NCBI GenBank assembly: GCA_016206825.1
Contig: JACQQY010000001.1
Coordinates: 1 to 48,864 of the forward strand
Length of the DNA: 48,864 bases
Source: Candidatus Omnitrophota bacterium
GTDB taxonomy: Bacteria > Omnitrophota > Gorgyraeia > 2-02-FULL-51-18
Direction of reading: 5' to 3'
The translations under genes were made by a program, and so were the position numbers. Positions 1-9,294 of the stretch are shown in pieces. Below the pieces are notes generated by a model that was given only the letters and a program-made list of their open reading frames with translations, did no database searches and was not told the origin of the DNA. Every line of letters begins with the position of its first letter. Positions within the stretch are counted from its first letter, which is position 1.

Positions 1-1
1 A

Positions 2-808
2 ATCAACGAGAATTCCCATGATCCCGAGGATGACATCGACCTCTACATTGTGAACGTGAACTACAAGTTCGCGGAGTACAATGCGGTGGCCGAGGGTTAT
101 TGGGTGAGTGAATTGGACAAAGCCACGTTGGCCGGCGCCACGGGAACGAGAGACAATGACACTCACACCATCGGCGGCCGTGTCCAGTTCGATCCCATTT
201 CCCAGATCACGCTGGGCGGTGAGTTGGCGTACCAGTTCGGAGACTACCGCGCCACCACCACGGTTGGAGCGCGCGATCGGGGCGCTTGGGGGCTCGATCT
301 GTTCGGCACGTATCGTTGGGATAATACCTGGAAGCCCGAGATCACCGTGGAGTACGTGCTTTTCTCCGGTGAGAATGATCTGGGCGGCGGGTCTACCCAG
401 GATTACGGCGCATGGAACAGCCTCTATCGCGGCAAATTCTGGACCGCTTACGCGGATTTCCGTGAATTTGTGTATGCGACCTCCGATGCCGGCGATACCT
501 CAGCTACGACAAACCAACAGTTTATCCAGGTGAAAGGTTCCCTCAAGCCCATGGAGGACTTGATGCTGGAGGGTTCTTTCACTTACCTGTGGTTTGATGA
601 GGACATCCACACCACTGCGACCGATCCCAACAGCGGTTCTCGCGACGACCAAATCGGTTGGGAAATCGACTTGCAGGCGATTTACGACTATACCGAGGAC
701 GTTTCTTTTGGAACCGTTGTTGCATGGTTCGTGCCGGGCGATTTTTACCGGTCGCCTAATGATGCGACAGCAGTGGACGTCGTTTCCTCGGTGAAGGTGA
801 CCTTCTAA
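2..808 (+). CDS. Outer-membrane beta-barrel protein, C-terminal part (5' end lies outside the window)
   Basis: The frame of ORF 50..808 stays open back to nt 2. The protein is Gly/Tyr/Trp/Asp-rich with alternating hydrophobic pattern and ends VKVTF (C-terminal Phe OMP signature). Family assignment (porin or alginate-export-like) is not verifiable here. Confidence 0.6.
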   Translation: MNENSHDPEDDIDLYIVNVNYKFAEYNAVAEGYWVSELDKATLAGATGTRDNDTHTIGGRVQFDPISQITLGGELAYQFGDYRATTTVGARDRGAWGLDLFGTYRWDNTWKPEITVEYVLFSGENDLGGGSTQDYGAWNSLYRGKFWTAYADFREFVYATSDAGDTSATTNQQFIQVKGSLKPMEDLMLEGSFTYLWFDEDIHTTATDPNSGSRDDQIGWEIDLQAIYDYTEDVSFGTVVAWFVPGDFYRSPNDATAVDVVSSVKVTF

Positions 809-828
809 AAGAGGTCGGAGAGAAGTTT

Positions 829-872
829 AAAACCCCTTGGGGCTTTCGGGCTCCAAGGGGTTTTTGTTTTTT
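829..872. terminator. Bidirectional intrinsic terminator between convergent OMP gene and ino1
   Basis: The CCCCTTGG(833-840)/CCAAGGGG(853-860) stem extends inward to a TTCG tetraloop (845-848). It has an A-run on the left and TTTTTGTTTTTT on the right. Confidence 0.6.
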
Positions 873-892
873 GGGGTGGGGACGGGGTCAGA

Positions 893-2008
893 TTAGTTTT
901 TCCGCCGGGCGGCGATGAAATCCTGGACGAGCTTTTTGGCGTGGGAGTCGGGGTATTGGCGGGGAGGGTGTTTCATGAGGTAGGCCGAGACCGAATAAAG
1001 GGGGCCTTTTATTTTACGTTCGCGCGCGAGTTTCAAACAGCGGATGGCGTCGACGGCCACTCCCGCGCTGTTGGGAGAATCTTCCACGGAAAGCCGGACG
1101 TCCATGTGCAGAGGCACGTTGGCGAAACCGCGGCCTTCGATGCGGATGAAGGCGACCTTGTTGTCGTTTTGCCAGGGAACGTAATCGCTCGGGCCGATGT
1201 GGATGTTTTCGGATTCCAGCCTTTCGGATAATTGGGATTGGACGGATTCCGTCTTCGAAATTTTTTTGAACATCAGGCGCGAGCGGTTCAGCATATTGAG
1301 GAAATCCGTGTTTCCGCCCGTGTTCAGTTGGTAGGTCCTGTCGATCTTGACGCCCCTGTCTTCGAAAAGCTTGGCGAGGGTGCGGTGAACGATCGTGGCT
1401 CCCACCTGCGATTTGATGTCGTCTCCGACGATGGGAATGCCTCTTTCGGCGAAGCGCTTCGCCCATTTCGAATCGGAGGCGATGAAGACGGGGATGCAGT
1501 TTAAGAGGCTGACCCCTGCTTCCAGACATCGTTCCGCGTAAAATTCAGCGGCCTTCGCGGATCCCACCGGGAGATAGTTCACGCAGATTTCGGCGCCCGT
1601 TTCTTTTAGGACTTTGGCGGCGTCGGCGGGCGTCCTGCCGCTTGGCATAAAGGTTCTTTCTTGAGGGTAATCTTTCATGTGGTCGGCGATCCCGTCGAGG
1701 ATTTGACCCATTTGGACGACGGCGTTGGGGGAGGCGAGGTGGTTCGTGATGAGCTTGGTGCAGTTGGGCGCTTGGAAGACGGCTCGTTTGACGGGGAGCC
1801 CCACCTTTCGTTTGTCGATGTCGAAGGCGCAGACGACCTCGATGTCCTGCGGTTTGTACCCTCCGATCTCATCGTTCATGAGGCCGAGGGCGTTTGGTTT
1901 GGAGGAAGCAAAACCGTTTTTCTTGTAGAATTCGATTCCCTGAATGAGGGAGCTCGCGCAGTTGCCGATGCCCACAATGGCGATCCGAATTTTTCTTCGG
2001 GAACTCAT
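893..2008 (-). CDS. ino1: myo-inositol-1-phosphate (inositol-3-phosphate) synthase
   Basis: 371 aa. The N-terminus KIRIAIVGIGNCASSLIQGIEFY matches the conserved VAIVGVGNCASSLVQG start of bacterial Ino1 (e.g. mycobacterial); length is typical. Confidence 0.85.
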   Translation of the reverse strand: MSSRRKIRIAIVGIGNCASSLIQGIEFYKKNGFASSKPNALGLMNDEIGGYKPQDIEVVCAFDIDKRKVGLPVKRAVFQAPNCTKLITNHLASPNAVVQMGQILDGIADHMKDYPQERTFMPSGRTPADAAKVLKETGAEICVNYLPVGSAKAAEFYAERCLEAGVSLLNCIPVFIASDSKWAKRFAERGIPIVGDDIKSQVGATIVHRTLAKLFEDRGVKIDRTYQLNTGGNTDFLNMLNRSRLMFKKISKTESVQSQLSERLESENIHIGPSDYVPWQNDNKVAFIRIEGRGFANVPLHMDVRLSVEDSPNSAGVAVDAIRCLKLARERKIKGPLYSVSAYLMKHPPRQYPDSHAKKLVQDFIAARRKN

Positions 2009-2139
2009 CTTTGGTCAGCCGCCCCTTGGCTCAGTCGGTTTTTGGAGTTAAACTCTATAGGGAGGGAAGGAAGACGGGTCATGCGGAATTATCTTCCTAC
2101 CCTATCTAAATTTGTCAGTATAATCAAGACGCGTTGTTA

Positions 2140-2168
2140 TTGTCAAGCAAAGAAGATGTTGATATAAT
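2140..2168 (+). promoter_or_regulatory. Sigma70-type promoter for ftsH operon
   Basis: TTGTCA (2140-2145), 17 nt spacer, TATAAT (2163-2168), about 25 nt upstream of the ftsH start. Confidence 0.5.
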
Positions 2169-2192
2169 GACTCGGCTTTTGGAAAGGGGATT

Positions 2193-4094
2193 TTGAAGGT
2201 GAATGCGCAGAAAAAGAAGGAACCGTCCGGTCAGAAAAAGACCTCCAATGCGTGGCTTCCGGGGTCCATTTTTCTTTGGATTTTTCTTTTCCTGACCGTT
2301 TTTTATTTTGCGCGGCTGGGGACGCTTCCTTTGGAGAAGCCTTCGAAGCAGCTCACGTATGGGGAGTTTTATGCCCTTTTGGAAACTAATCGTGAGAAGC
2401 CGGTCCTCAAATCGGGCGCCCGTATCGTCAATGAGCTGCAAGGGGAACTGGTGGATGGGGCGCGGTATCGCGTGACCCTGCCCATTCAAGACATCGATCT
2501 CGAAAGGCTCTTAAGGCAAAATTTGCCCGTTTATGACATCCGGCCCGAGAAGACTTTTTGGGCCCAGCTTCTTTATGCGGTGATCGGGCCTTTGGTTTTT
2601 GTGGGGCTTTTTTGGTTTTTGCTTTACCGGGGGGGCGCCGCGGCGGGCGGGGGGCGTCTCATGTCCTTTGGAAGATCCCGCGCGCGCCTTTCTTCGAACG
2701 CTCAGATCACGTTTAAAGACGTGGCGGGCGTGGAAGAAGCGAAGGAGGAGCTTCGGGAGATCATCGAGTTTTTGAAGGATCCCAAGAGATTTCAGAGGCT
2801 GGGCGGCAAGATTCCAAAGGGCGTGCTCTTAATGGGCCCTCCGGGCACGGGAAAGACGCTGTTGGCCAAGGCGGTGAGCGGAGAGGCGGACGTGCCTTTT
2901 TTCAGCATTTCGGGCTCCGATTTCGTGGAGATGTTCGTGGGGGTCGGCGCTTCCCGCGTGAGGGACCTTTTTGAGCAGGCGAAGAAGAGCGTCAAGGCAA
3001 GCGGCCGCGGCTGTATTATTTTCATCGATGAGATTGATGCGGTGGGACGACAGCGCTTCGCCGGGATAGGCGGCGGCCATGACGAGCGCGAGCAGACCTT
3101 AAACGCCCTTTTGGTGGAGATGGACGGATTCAATACGAACGAAGCGATCATTTTGGTTGCGGCGACGAATCGTCCGGACGTGTTGGATCCGGCGCTTTTG
3201 CGGCCGGGCCGATTTGACCGGCAGATCGTGATCGACCGCCCCGATTTAAAAGGACGGGAAGAGATTCTGAAGGTGCACACCCAGCCCATCAAGCTCCTTT
3301 CAGGAGTAGATTTGAAGTCCATCGCCCGTCAGACGCCCGGCTTTTCCGGCGCCGATATCGCCAATTTGGCTAATGAAGCGGCTCTTTTGGCGGCCCGCCG
3401 CAACCGGGAAGGGGTGGGAATGGAGGAGCTGCAGGCGGCCATTGAGCGCGTGATGGCGGGCCCCGAGAGAAAAAGCCGTCTGATTTCGGACAGGGAGAAA
3501 AAAATCGTGGCGCACCATGAATCGGGACATACGCTTTTGGCGCTTCTGGTGCCGGGGGCGGATCCTTTGCATAAGGTATCCATCATTCCCCGCGGGGTGG
3601 CCGCGTTGGGCTATACGATGCAGGTTCCCCTGGAGGATCGATATCTGACTTCGAGGCAGGAGCTTTTTGGGAGGCTCATCGTTCTCATGGGGGGGCGGGC
3701 GGCCGAAGAGATTATTTTTGGAGAAGTGACGACGGGGGCTCATAACGATTTGGAGGTGGCGACGCAGCTCACCCGCCGGATGGTTTGCGAGTTCGGGATG
3801 AGCGAGAAATTGGGAAATCTTACCTTTGGCCGCCGGGAGCATCAGGTTTTCCTGGGGCGCGACCTTGGGGAGGAGAGAAACTACAGCGAGGAGACCGCGC
3901 GCCTCATTGACGCGGAGATTAAGAGGATCGTCGATGGAGCGTTTCAGCGGGCCAAGGAGTCGTTGACGACCCATCTGCAGCAGCTTAAGACGCTGGCGGG
4001 CGCTCTTTTGGAAAAAGAAGTTTTGGATGCGGAGGAAGTAAGAAAAATCGTTGGAATTCCTGAAGGCGCCCCCGTCGCTCTGGGCGCGGCATAA
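2193..4094 (+). CDS. ftsH: ATP-dependent zinc metalloprotease FtsH
   Basis: 633 aa with N-terminal TM segments, Walker A GPPGTGKT, the AAA second region of homology and the HESGH zinc motif. The start is TTG 2193 or GTG 2199 (no in-frame ATG). Confidence 0.95.
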   Translation: MKVNAQKKKEPSGQKKTSNAWLPGSIFLWIFLFLTVFYFARLGTLPLEKPSKQLTYGEFYALLETNREKPVLKSGARIVNELQGELVDGARYRVTLPIQDIDLERLLRQNLPVYDIRPEKTFWAQLLYAVIGPLVFVGLFWFLLYRGGAAAGGGRLMSFGRSRARLSSNAQITFKDVAGVEEAKEELREIIEFLKDPKRFQRLGGKIPKGVLLMGPPGTGKTLLAKAVSGEADVPFFSISGSDFVEMFVGVGASRVRDLFEQAKKSVKASGRGCIIFIDEIDAVGRQRFAGIGGGHDEREQTLNALLVEMDGFNTNEAIILVAATNRPDVLDPALLRPGRFDRQIVIDRPDLKGREEILKVHTQPIKLLSGVDLKSIARQTPGFSGADIANLANEAALLAARRNREGVGMEELQAAIERVMAGPERKSRLISDREKKIVAHHESGHTLLALLVPGADPLHKVSIIPRGVAALGYTMQVPLEDRYLTSRQELFGRLIVLMGGRAAEEIIFGEVTTGAHNDLEVATQLTRRMVCEFGMSEKLGNLTFGRREHQVFLGRDLGEERNYSEETARLIDAEIKRIVDGAFQRAKESLTTHLQQLKTLAGALLEKEVLDAEEVRKIVGIPEGAPVALGAA

Positions 4095-4952
4095 ATGGGT
4101 TTTCGAAGACCTCTTTTTTCTCTTTCGTTGGGTGATGTCAAGCTTTGTTTGGGCCGGGAAACGAAAGTGATGGGAATTCTCAATGTGACCCCCGATTCTT
4201 TCAGCGATGGGGGGCGGTTTTTGAATCCTGCTTTGGCGGAAGAGCAGGCTTTAAAAATGCAGGAAGAAGGGGCTCATCTCATCGACGTCGGAGGCGAGTC
4301 CTCGAGGCCCGGCTCGACGCGGGTTACCGCCAAGGAAGAAATTCAAAGAGTCCTGCCGGTCTTAAAACGTCTCTCCAAAAAGATCAAAATCCCGGTGTCC
4401 ATCGACACCGCTAAATCCGAAGTGGCGCATGCGGCGCTGGATCAGGGCGCCGTTTTGGTGAATGACATTTATGCCTTAAGAGGGGACAAGCGCTTGGCGA
4501 AGCTCATCGCCCGTTACCGGGCGGGCGTGGCGCTCATGCACATGCGCGGCGATCCGGAAAACATGCAGGCCGGTCCCGTCTATCGCTCGGTGATCAAGGA
4601 AGTTTTTGATTTTTTAAGGGATGCGGTTTGCCGGGCATTGGATGCAGGGATTTCGAGGACCCGGATCCTGGTCGACCCGGGATTCGGGTTTGGAAAAACC
4701 GCTGGGAACAACATGGAGATTCTGGGCCGCCTTGAGTTTTTTCGAAAACTTGAGTGCCCTGTTTTGGTCGGTTTGTCGCGCAAGTCTTTCATCGGCCATC
4801 TGCTGGGATTGCCGGTTTCCGGAAGGCTGTACGGATCGTTGGGAGCCGCCGCCGCGGCGATCTATGGGGGAGCGCACATTTTGAGGGTCCATGACGTGCC
4901 GGCCCATCGGCAGTTGGCGGTTTTGGTGGATCAAGTCTTGGAGGCGAGGTAA
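4095..4952 (+). CDS. folP: Dihydropteroate synthase
   Basis: Contains the GILNVTPDSFSDGG motif and DVGGESSRPG. The ATG directly follows the ftsH stop. Confidence 0.9.
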   Translation: MGFRRPLFSLSLGDVKLCLGRETKVMGILNVTPDSFSDGGRFLNPALAEEQALKMQEEGAHLIDVGGESSRPGSTRVTAKEEIQRVLPVLKRLSKKIKIPVSIDTAKSEVAHAALDQGAVLVNDIYALRGDKRLAKLIARYRAGVALMHMRGDPENMQAGPVYRSVIKEVFDFLRDAVCRALDAGISRTRILVDPGFGFGKTAGNNMEILGRLEFFRKLECPVLVGLSRKSFIGHLLGLPVSGRLYGSLGAAAAAIYGGAHILRVHDVPAHRQLAVLVDQVLEAR

Positions 4953-4954
4953 TC

Positions 4955-5764
4955 ATGCCTTTTGTTCTTCATTGGGCCCAGGAGCTTTGGAGGCCGGTCT
5001 TTGAGATCGTTCTTTTCTGGTTTATCTTTTATTTTCTGCTCGTTTACATTAAGGACAGCGGAATGGCGCAGGCATTGAAGGGGCTCGTCGTTCTGGTCGT
5101 GTTTTTTCTCGCGGCTCAGGTTTTCGAATTGAAAACGATTCGGTGGATTCTGGCGCATTTGTTCGAAATTTCCATTTTAGGGTGTTTGATCCTGTTCCAG
5201 CCGGAGCTCCGCCGCGGTCTCACGCGCATCGGCCAAAATCCTTTATTTAAAATTTTTCTGAAGGAAGAAAGGGCGGTGGAAGAGCTGGTGAAGGCGGTGA
5301 CGGCGCTTGCCGAAAGGAAAATAGGCGCTTTGATCGCCATTGAGCGGGAGGTGAGTCTTAAACCTTACGCGGAAACCGGGATTGCGCTCGATGGGATTCT
5401 CACGTCGGAGCTTCTTTTGACTATTTTTATGCCCAACACGCCCGTTCACGATGGAGGCGTGGTGGTCCAGGGCGGACGGGTGGTCGCCGTCGGTTGTCTT
5501 TTTCCTTTGTCGCAAAGTCAGAGTTTATCCAAGGTATTCGGCACCCGGCATCGCGCGGGGCTGGGGTTAAGCGAAGAGACCGACGCTCTTGTCATCGTGG
5601 CGTCCGAGGAGACGGGAGGCGTCAGCTTGATGAACCACGGCAAGATGATGCGCGAGGTGAACGAAGAGAAGCTGAGGCAGAATATCTTGGAGCTTTATAA
5701 GCCGCAGGGGGCGTCTTCGGCCAAGTCGTTTGGGAGGCGCCGTTTTTGGAGGCGTGGTTCCTAG
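4955..5764 (+). CDS. cdaA: Diadenylate cyclase CdaA (c-di-AMP synthase)
   Basis: Three N-terminal TM helices, then a DAC domain with motifs GALIAIERE, PVHDGGVVV and GTRHRAGLGLSEETDALVIVASEETG. Confidence 0.9.
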   Translation: MPFVLHWAQELWRPVFEIVLFWFIFYFLLVYIKDSGMAQALKGLVVLVVFFLAAQVFELKTIRWILAHLFEISILGCLILFQPELRRGLTRIGQNPLFKIFLKEERAVEELVKAVTALAERKIGALIAIEREVSLKPYAETGIALDGILTSELLLTIFMPNTPVHDGGVVVQGGRVVAVGCLFPLSQSQSLSKVFGTRHRAGLGLSEETDALVIVASEETGGVSLMNHGKMMREVNEEKLRQNILELYKPQGASSAKSFGRRRFWRRGS

Positions 5765-5789
5765 GGATAGGCCCTAAGGGAGGTTTTGA

Positions 5790-6224
5790 ATGAATTGGCT
5801 CAAGGGTTCTTGGTTTTTGAGGATGTTGGCCCTTGCTTTGGCCGTTTTAACTTACTTTTATGTCCGGAACGAGATTATGACGCTTGAGAGCCAGCGCAGG
5901 GCGACGGATCCTTCTTATAAGTTGATCAAATTGACGGCGAAGAGCCTGCCTCTTAAGGTGCGTTTGGCGGCGGGTCCTTCGGAAGGGCATAGGATCATCG
6001 AGGATAAGGTCTCTTCCCATCCGGCGCGGGTGATTGTGATCGGTCCCGAGGCCCTTTTGGAGGAGGCCTTTATGGCCGAAACGGCGCTTGTGGACGTCGG
6101 GGACAGCGCCAAGACGGTCACCAGAAGAATTCCTTTGGAGAGCGTAGCGGGCATTCACCTGGTGGGGGAGCCTTACAACGTGGAGGTCACGATTCCCATT
6201 GAAAAGGTTCAGGAGAAGAAGTAG
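5790..6224 (+). CDS. YbbR-domain protein (short CdaR-like)
   Basis: N-terminal TM helix plus one YbbR-like repeat pattern (ARVIVIGPEALL...VDVG). It sits in the conserved position downstream of cdaA. At 144 aa it is much shorter than typical multi-repeat CdaR. Confidence 0.6.
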   Translation: MNWLKGSWFLRMLALALAVLTYFYVRNEIMTLESQRRATDPSYKLIKLTAKSLPLKVRLAAGPSEGHRIIEDKVSSHPARVIVIGPEALLEEAFMAETALVDVGDSAKTVTRRIPLESVAGIHLVGEPYNVEVTIPIEKVQEKK

Positions 6225-6938
6225 ATGAAACTGGGAGTGAATGTGGACCATGTGGCCGGCTTGCGGCAGGCGCGGGGGGGGATGGATCCGGATCCTGTCA
6301 TGGCGGCCAGGATTTGTCAGAAGGCGGGAGTCCATGCGGTTGTCATGCATTTGCGGGAGGACAGGAGGCACATTCAGGACGGGGATCTTTTCCGGGTGAA
6401 GGAAGTGATCCGGATCAAGCTTAATTTGGAGATGTCCGCCGCACCTTCGATCGTCAAAACGGCGGCAAGGCTGTGTCCCGATCAGGCGACCCTTGTACCC
6501 GAAAGACGTCAGGAAAAAACCACGGAAGGCGGCATCAACCTTTTTCGAAACGAGCGGGCCGTCCGGAATTGCTTGGAGCGCTGCCGGAAGAAAGGGATTG
6601 AAGTGAGTTTTTTCATCGATCCGGACCCGCGCCAGTTGGAAAAGGCGAAAAAGATGGGGGCGGATGCCGTGGAGTTTCATACGGGTTATTATGCCGACCA
6701 GCAGACCCCGCAAGGGGTGGAGAAGGAGTTTCTTCGCCTGGAACGGGCGGTGAAACTTGCCTGCCAAATGGGCGTCGTTCCGTACGCCGGGCATGGCTTG
6801 GACTACCAGAACGTGAAGAGGGTGAGAGATATAAGGGGTCTCCAGGAGTTGAACATCGGTTACTCCATCGTGACGCGGGCGCTGTGGGTCGGTTTCGAAA
6901 ACGCCGTGAGAGAAATGTTGGGGCTGGTTTCGGGATGA
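6225..6938 (+). CDS. pdxJ: Pyridoxine 5'-phosphate synthase
   Basis: Starts MKLGVNVDHVAGLRQARGG..DPDPV and carries the HLREDRRHI motif. Confidence 0.9.
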   Translation: MKLGVNVDHVAGLRQARGGMDPDPVMAARICQKAGVHAVVMHLREDRRHIQDGDLFRVKEVIRIKLNLEMSAAPSIVKTAARLCPDQATLVPERRQEKTTEGGINLFRNERAVRNCLERCRKKGIEVSFFIDPDPRQLEKAKKMGADAVEFHTGYYADQQTPQGVEKEFLRLERAVKLACQMGVVPYAGHGLDYQNVKRVRDIRGLQELNIGYSIVTRALWVGFENAVREMLGLVSG

Positions 6939-7336
6939 GTTCTCAAGCCATCGGGGTCGATATCGTCGAGATTGGGCGTTTGTCCAAAACGGTCAGAAAA
7001 TGGGGAAAGGGTTTTTTGAAAAAGGTTTACACCGACCGCGAGCTCTCCTACGCGATGTCCAAGCGTTTTCCTTACCAGCATTTGGCGGCGCGCTTTGCCG
7101 CGAAGGAAGCGGTGTTTAAGGCCTTGGGAGAGGTGGAAAAGGATTTCGTGGGATGGCGGAATGTTGAAATCTTGAACGATCCCAGCGGCAAGCCCATGGT
7201 TCTTTGGCATGGCAAGGCCGAGGAGGTCAGGCGAAAAAGGAATTTGAAGGGGGCTCTGGTGAGCCTTTCCCACACGGAAAATTACGCGGTGGCGACGGCG
7301 ATGCTGGTGTTTGGTTCCAATGGGAAGAAGCGATGA
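6935..7336 (+). CDS. acpS: Holo-[acyl-carrier-protein] synthase
   Basis: The internal ATG at 6935 (ATGA overlap with the pdxJ stop) gives MSSQAIGVDIVEIGR..., the canonical AcpS start. The longer ORF from 6884 overlaps pdxJ and is rejected. Confidence 0.85.
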   Translation: MSSQAIGVDIVEIGRLSKTVRKWGKGFLKKVYTDRELSYAMSKRFPYQHLAARFAAKEAVFKALGEVEKDFVGWRNVEILNDPSGKPMVLWHGKAEEVRRKRNLKGALVSLSHTENYAVATAMLVFGSNGKKR

Positions 7337-8199
7337 AGATCCCTTTGCCTAAGAAGTTTCCACTTTTGCCCCGGAAGAAAGACGCCGATAAATCGTCTTT
7401 TGGACACGTGCTCGTCTTGGCAGGTTCACGGGGGATGACGGGCGCCGCCGTTTTGACGGCCAGAGCGGCGCTCGTGTCCGGCGGCGGGCTTGTGACGCTG
7501 GGCGCGCCGAGGGGGTTGGAGGTTTTTATGGCGAGAGCGCCGCTTGAGGTCATGCCTCTGGGGCTTCCTGAGACGAAGGAGGGGACCTTGAGCGGGACCG
7601 CTTACCGGTTTATTTTGGATTTTGTGAAGCGAAGGCGCGTCAATGCGTTGGCCGTGGGGCCGGGTCTTTCTCAACACGAAGAAACAGGCGCTTTGGTAAG
7701 GCGGGTGGTGCAAAGCGTTTCCACTCCGATGGTGTTGGATGCCGATGGGCTGAATAGTTTTAAGGGCTGCGCTTCTCTTTTTCGCCGCCATCGGGGGGAA
7801 GTGGTTTTAACGCCGCATAAAAGGGAGTTTGAAAGATTTTTCTCGGAGCCTTGGCCGGAGGAACTGTCGGCAAGGATCGCGCTTGCCAAAAAATTGTCGG
7901 GGTTTTATCATGGGACGCTTGTGCTCAAGGGTTCGCCGACCGTGGTGGTAAACGGGGAGGACTTTTATGTCAACTCCACGGGAAATCCCGGGATGGCAAA
8001 GGGCGGCGCGGGGGATGCGTTGACGGGAATCACGGCCTCTTTTATCGCTCAAGGTCTTTCTTCTTTTCAAGCGGCGTTGTGGGCCGTTTATCTCCACGGC
8101 AAGGCCGCCGATATGGCGGTGAAGGAGACGAGCGAACTGGGCCTCACCGCCAGCGACATTGTCGAATATCTGCCCAAGGTTTTTTGCCGTTATTCGTGA
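7333..8199 (+). CDS. nnrD: ADP-dependent NAD(P)H-hydrate dehydratase (YjeF C-terminal domain type)
   Basis: ATG 7333 overlaps the acpS stop (ATGA). Motifs: KSSFGHVLVLAGSRGMTGAAVL and GGAGDALTG. Confidence 0.8.
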   Translation: MKIPLPKKFPLLPRKKDADKSSFGHVLVLAGSRGMTGAAVLTARAALVSGGGLVTLGAPRGLEVFMARAPLEVMPLGLPETKEGTLSGTAYRFILDFVKRRRVNALAVGPGLSQHEETGALVRRVVQSVSTPMVLDADGLNSFKGCASLFRRHRGEVVLTPHKREFERFFSEPWPEELSARIALAKKLSGFYHGTLVLKGSPTVVVNGEDFYVNSTGNPGMAKGGAGDALTGITASFIAQGLSSFQAALWAVYLHGKAADMAVKETSELGLTASDIVEYLPKVFCRYS

Positions 8200-8215
8200 G
8201 GAATTCGAGAGTTTC

Positions 8216-8286
8216 GCTGGCGTAGCTCAGCGGTAGAGCAGCCGCCTTGTAAGCGGTAGATGTCAGTTCAATTCTGACCGCCAGCT
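8216..8286 (+). tRNA. tRNA-Thr (anticodon TGT)
   Basis: Hand-folded cloverleaf: acceptor GCTGGCG/CGCCAGC, D arm GCTC..GAGC, anticodon stem GCCGC/GCGGT with loop CTTGTAA, T arm GTCAG-TTCAATT-CTGAC. No encoded CCA. Confidence 0.85.
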
Positions 8287-8290
8287 TTTC

Positions 8291-8372
8291 GGGCAGGTAC
8301 CAAAGCGGCCAACTGGGGCAGACTGTAAATCTGCTGGCTTTGCCTTCGGGGGTTCGAATCCCTCCCTGCCCA
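8291..8372 (+). tRNA. tRNA-Tyr (anticodon GTA), long variable arm
   Basis: Acceptor GGGCAGG/CCTGCCC, anticodon stem GCAGA/TCTGC with loop CTGTAAA, long variable arm, T arm GGGGG-TTCGAAT-CCCTC, discriminator A. Confidence 0.85.
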
Positions 8373-8415
8373 TAAGTTTTTTATTCCAGCAGGGAGGGAT
8401 TCCAGGTTCTTCTTC

Positions 8416-8486
8416 GCGGGTGTAGTTCAATGGTAGAATCCGAGTTTTCCAAACTCGTCATACGGGTTCGATTCCCGTCACCCGCT
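8416..8486 (+). tRNA. tRNA-Gly (anticodon TCC)
   Basis: Acceptor GCGGGTG/CACCCGC, anticodon stem CGAGT/ACTCG with loop TTTCCAA, T arm CGGGT-TCGATTC-CCGTC, discriminator T. Confidence 0.85.
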
Positions 8487-8518
8487 CTATAACATCAATG
8501 AAGAATCTAGAGTGAAGA

Positions 8519-9211
8519 ATGAATATGGAAAGATGGAAAAATCAAATAGCGGGCGTTCTTTCACGGGCGGGGCTTTCTCCGAATGTTTCAACCTGCTGTG
8601 GGTTTTCTTTGGCGGCGGCGGCGGGATTTTTTGTTTATAAAGGGTGGTTCCTATGGGCTGGGGGTCTTCTTCTCCTTTCCGGTTTTTTTGATCTCATGGA
8701 CGGAGCGATTGCCCGTCTTTCGAACCGGGTGAGCCCCTTTGGGGGCATACTCGATTCTTCTTTGGACCGGTATGGAGATGGTTTTGTCCTGGGCGCTCTT
8801 TTATTTTACTGTTTGTTTCAGGGCAACACGGTGAGCGCCTTTTTGGCGATAAGCTCTTTGTGGGGATCATTCATGATTAGTTACGTCCGCGCGAGGGCGG
8901 AATGCGTCATTCCCGAATGCAGGGTGGGGTTTTGGGAAAGAGGGGAACGCCTGGTGGCGCTGGCCTTGGGGTTTTTTGTGGGGAACGCCGGGCTTGTGCT
9001 TTGGGTATTGGCTGTTGGGACGCACTGGACGGCGCTCCACCGGCTTTTGTACGCCTATCACCGCCTTAAAGCGGAAGAGAAACCTTTAGGAAAAGCCGCC
9101 GTTGTGTGGAATTTGTTATCACGGCCCAAAGATCGAACAAGCCTCCCTTATTTTTGGAAAGCCGCTCTTCTTTCTCTCGCCATCTTCTTTATCCGAGCGC
9201 CTTTGCCGTAG
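8519..9211 (+). CDS. CDP-alcohol phosphatidyltransferase family protein
   Basis: Polytopic membrane protein with the family signature D-x2-DG-x2-AR-x8-G-x3-D-x3-D, seen as DLMDGAIARLSNRVSPFGGILDSSLD. Confidence 0.8.
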   Translation: MNMERWKNQIAGVLSRAGLSPNVSTCCGFSLAAAAGFFVYKGWFLWAGGLLLLSGFFDLMDGAIARLSNRVSPFGGILDSSLDRYGDGFVLGALLFYCLFQGNTVSAFLAISSLWGSFMISYVRARAECVIPECRVGFWERGERLVALALGFFVGNAGLVLWVLAVGTHWTALHRLLYAYHRLKAEEKPLGKAAVVWNLLSRPKDRTSLPYFWKAALLSLAIFFIRAPLP

Positions 9212-9279
9212 AAGACGCCTTGTGAAAATTTCAATAACGGGAATCGCCGAAAAACGAATGATCTATCCGACAATTGTTT

Positions 9280-9288
9280 TGGTATAAT
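9280..9288 (+). promoter_or_regulatory. Extended -10 promoter element (TGgTATAAT) for gatCAB
   Basis: TG (9280-9281), n, TATAAT (9283-9288), only 6 nt before the gatC ATG (9295). No SD lies in between. Confidence 0.4.
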
Positions 9289-9294
9289 GGGTTT

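Noticed and set aside
108-794. Alternative-frame ORFs 108..533 and 594..794 inside the first OMP gene, plus similar nested same-strand ORFs across the window (e.g. 4145..4414, 9884..10213, 10128..10556, 19229..19609, 40370..40793).
   Set aside because: They are embedded out of frame in genes with clear homology-type motifs. Their compositions are Arg/Pro/Gly-rich, as expected for off-frame translation of GC-rich genes.
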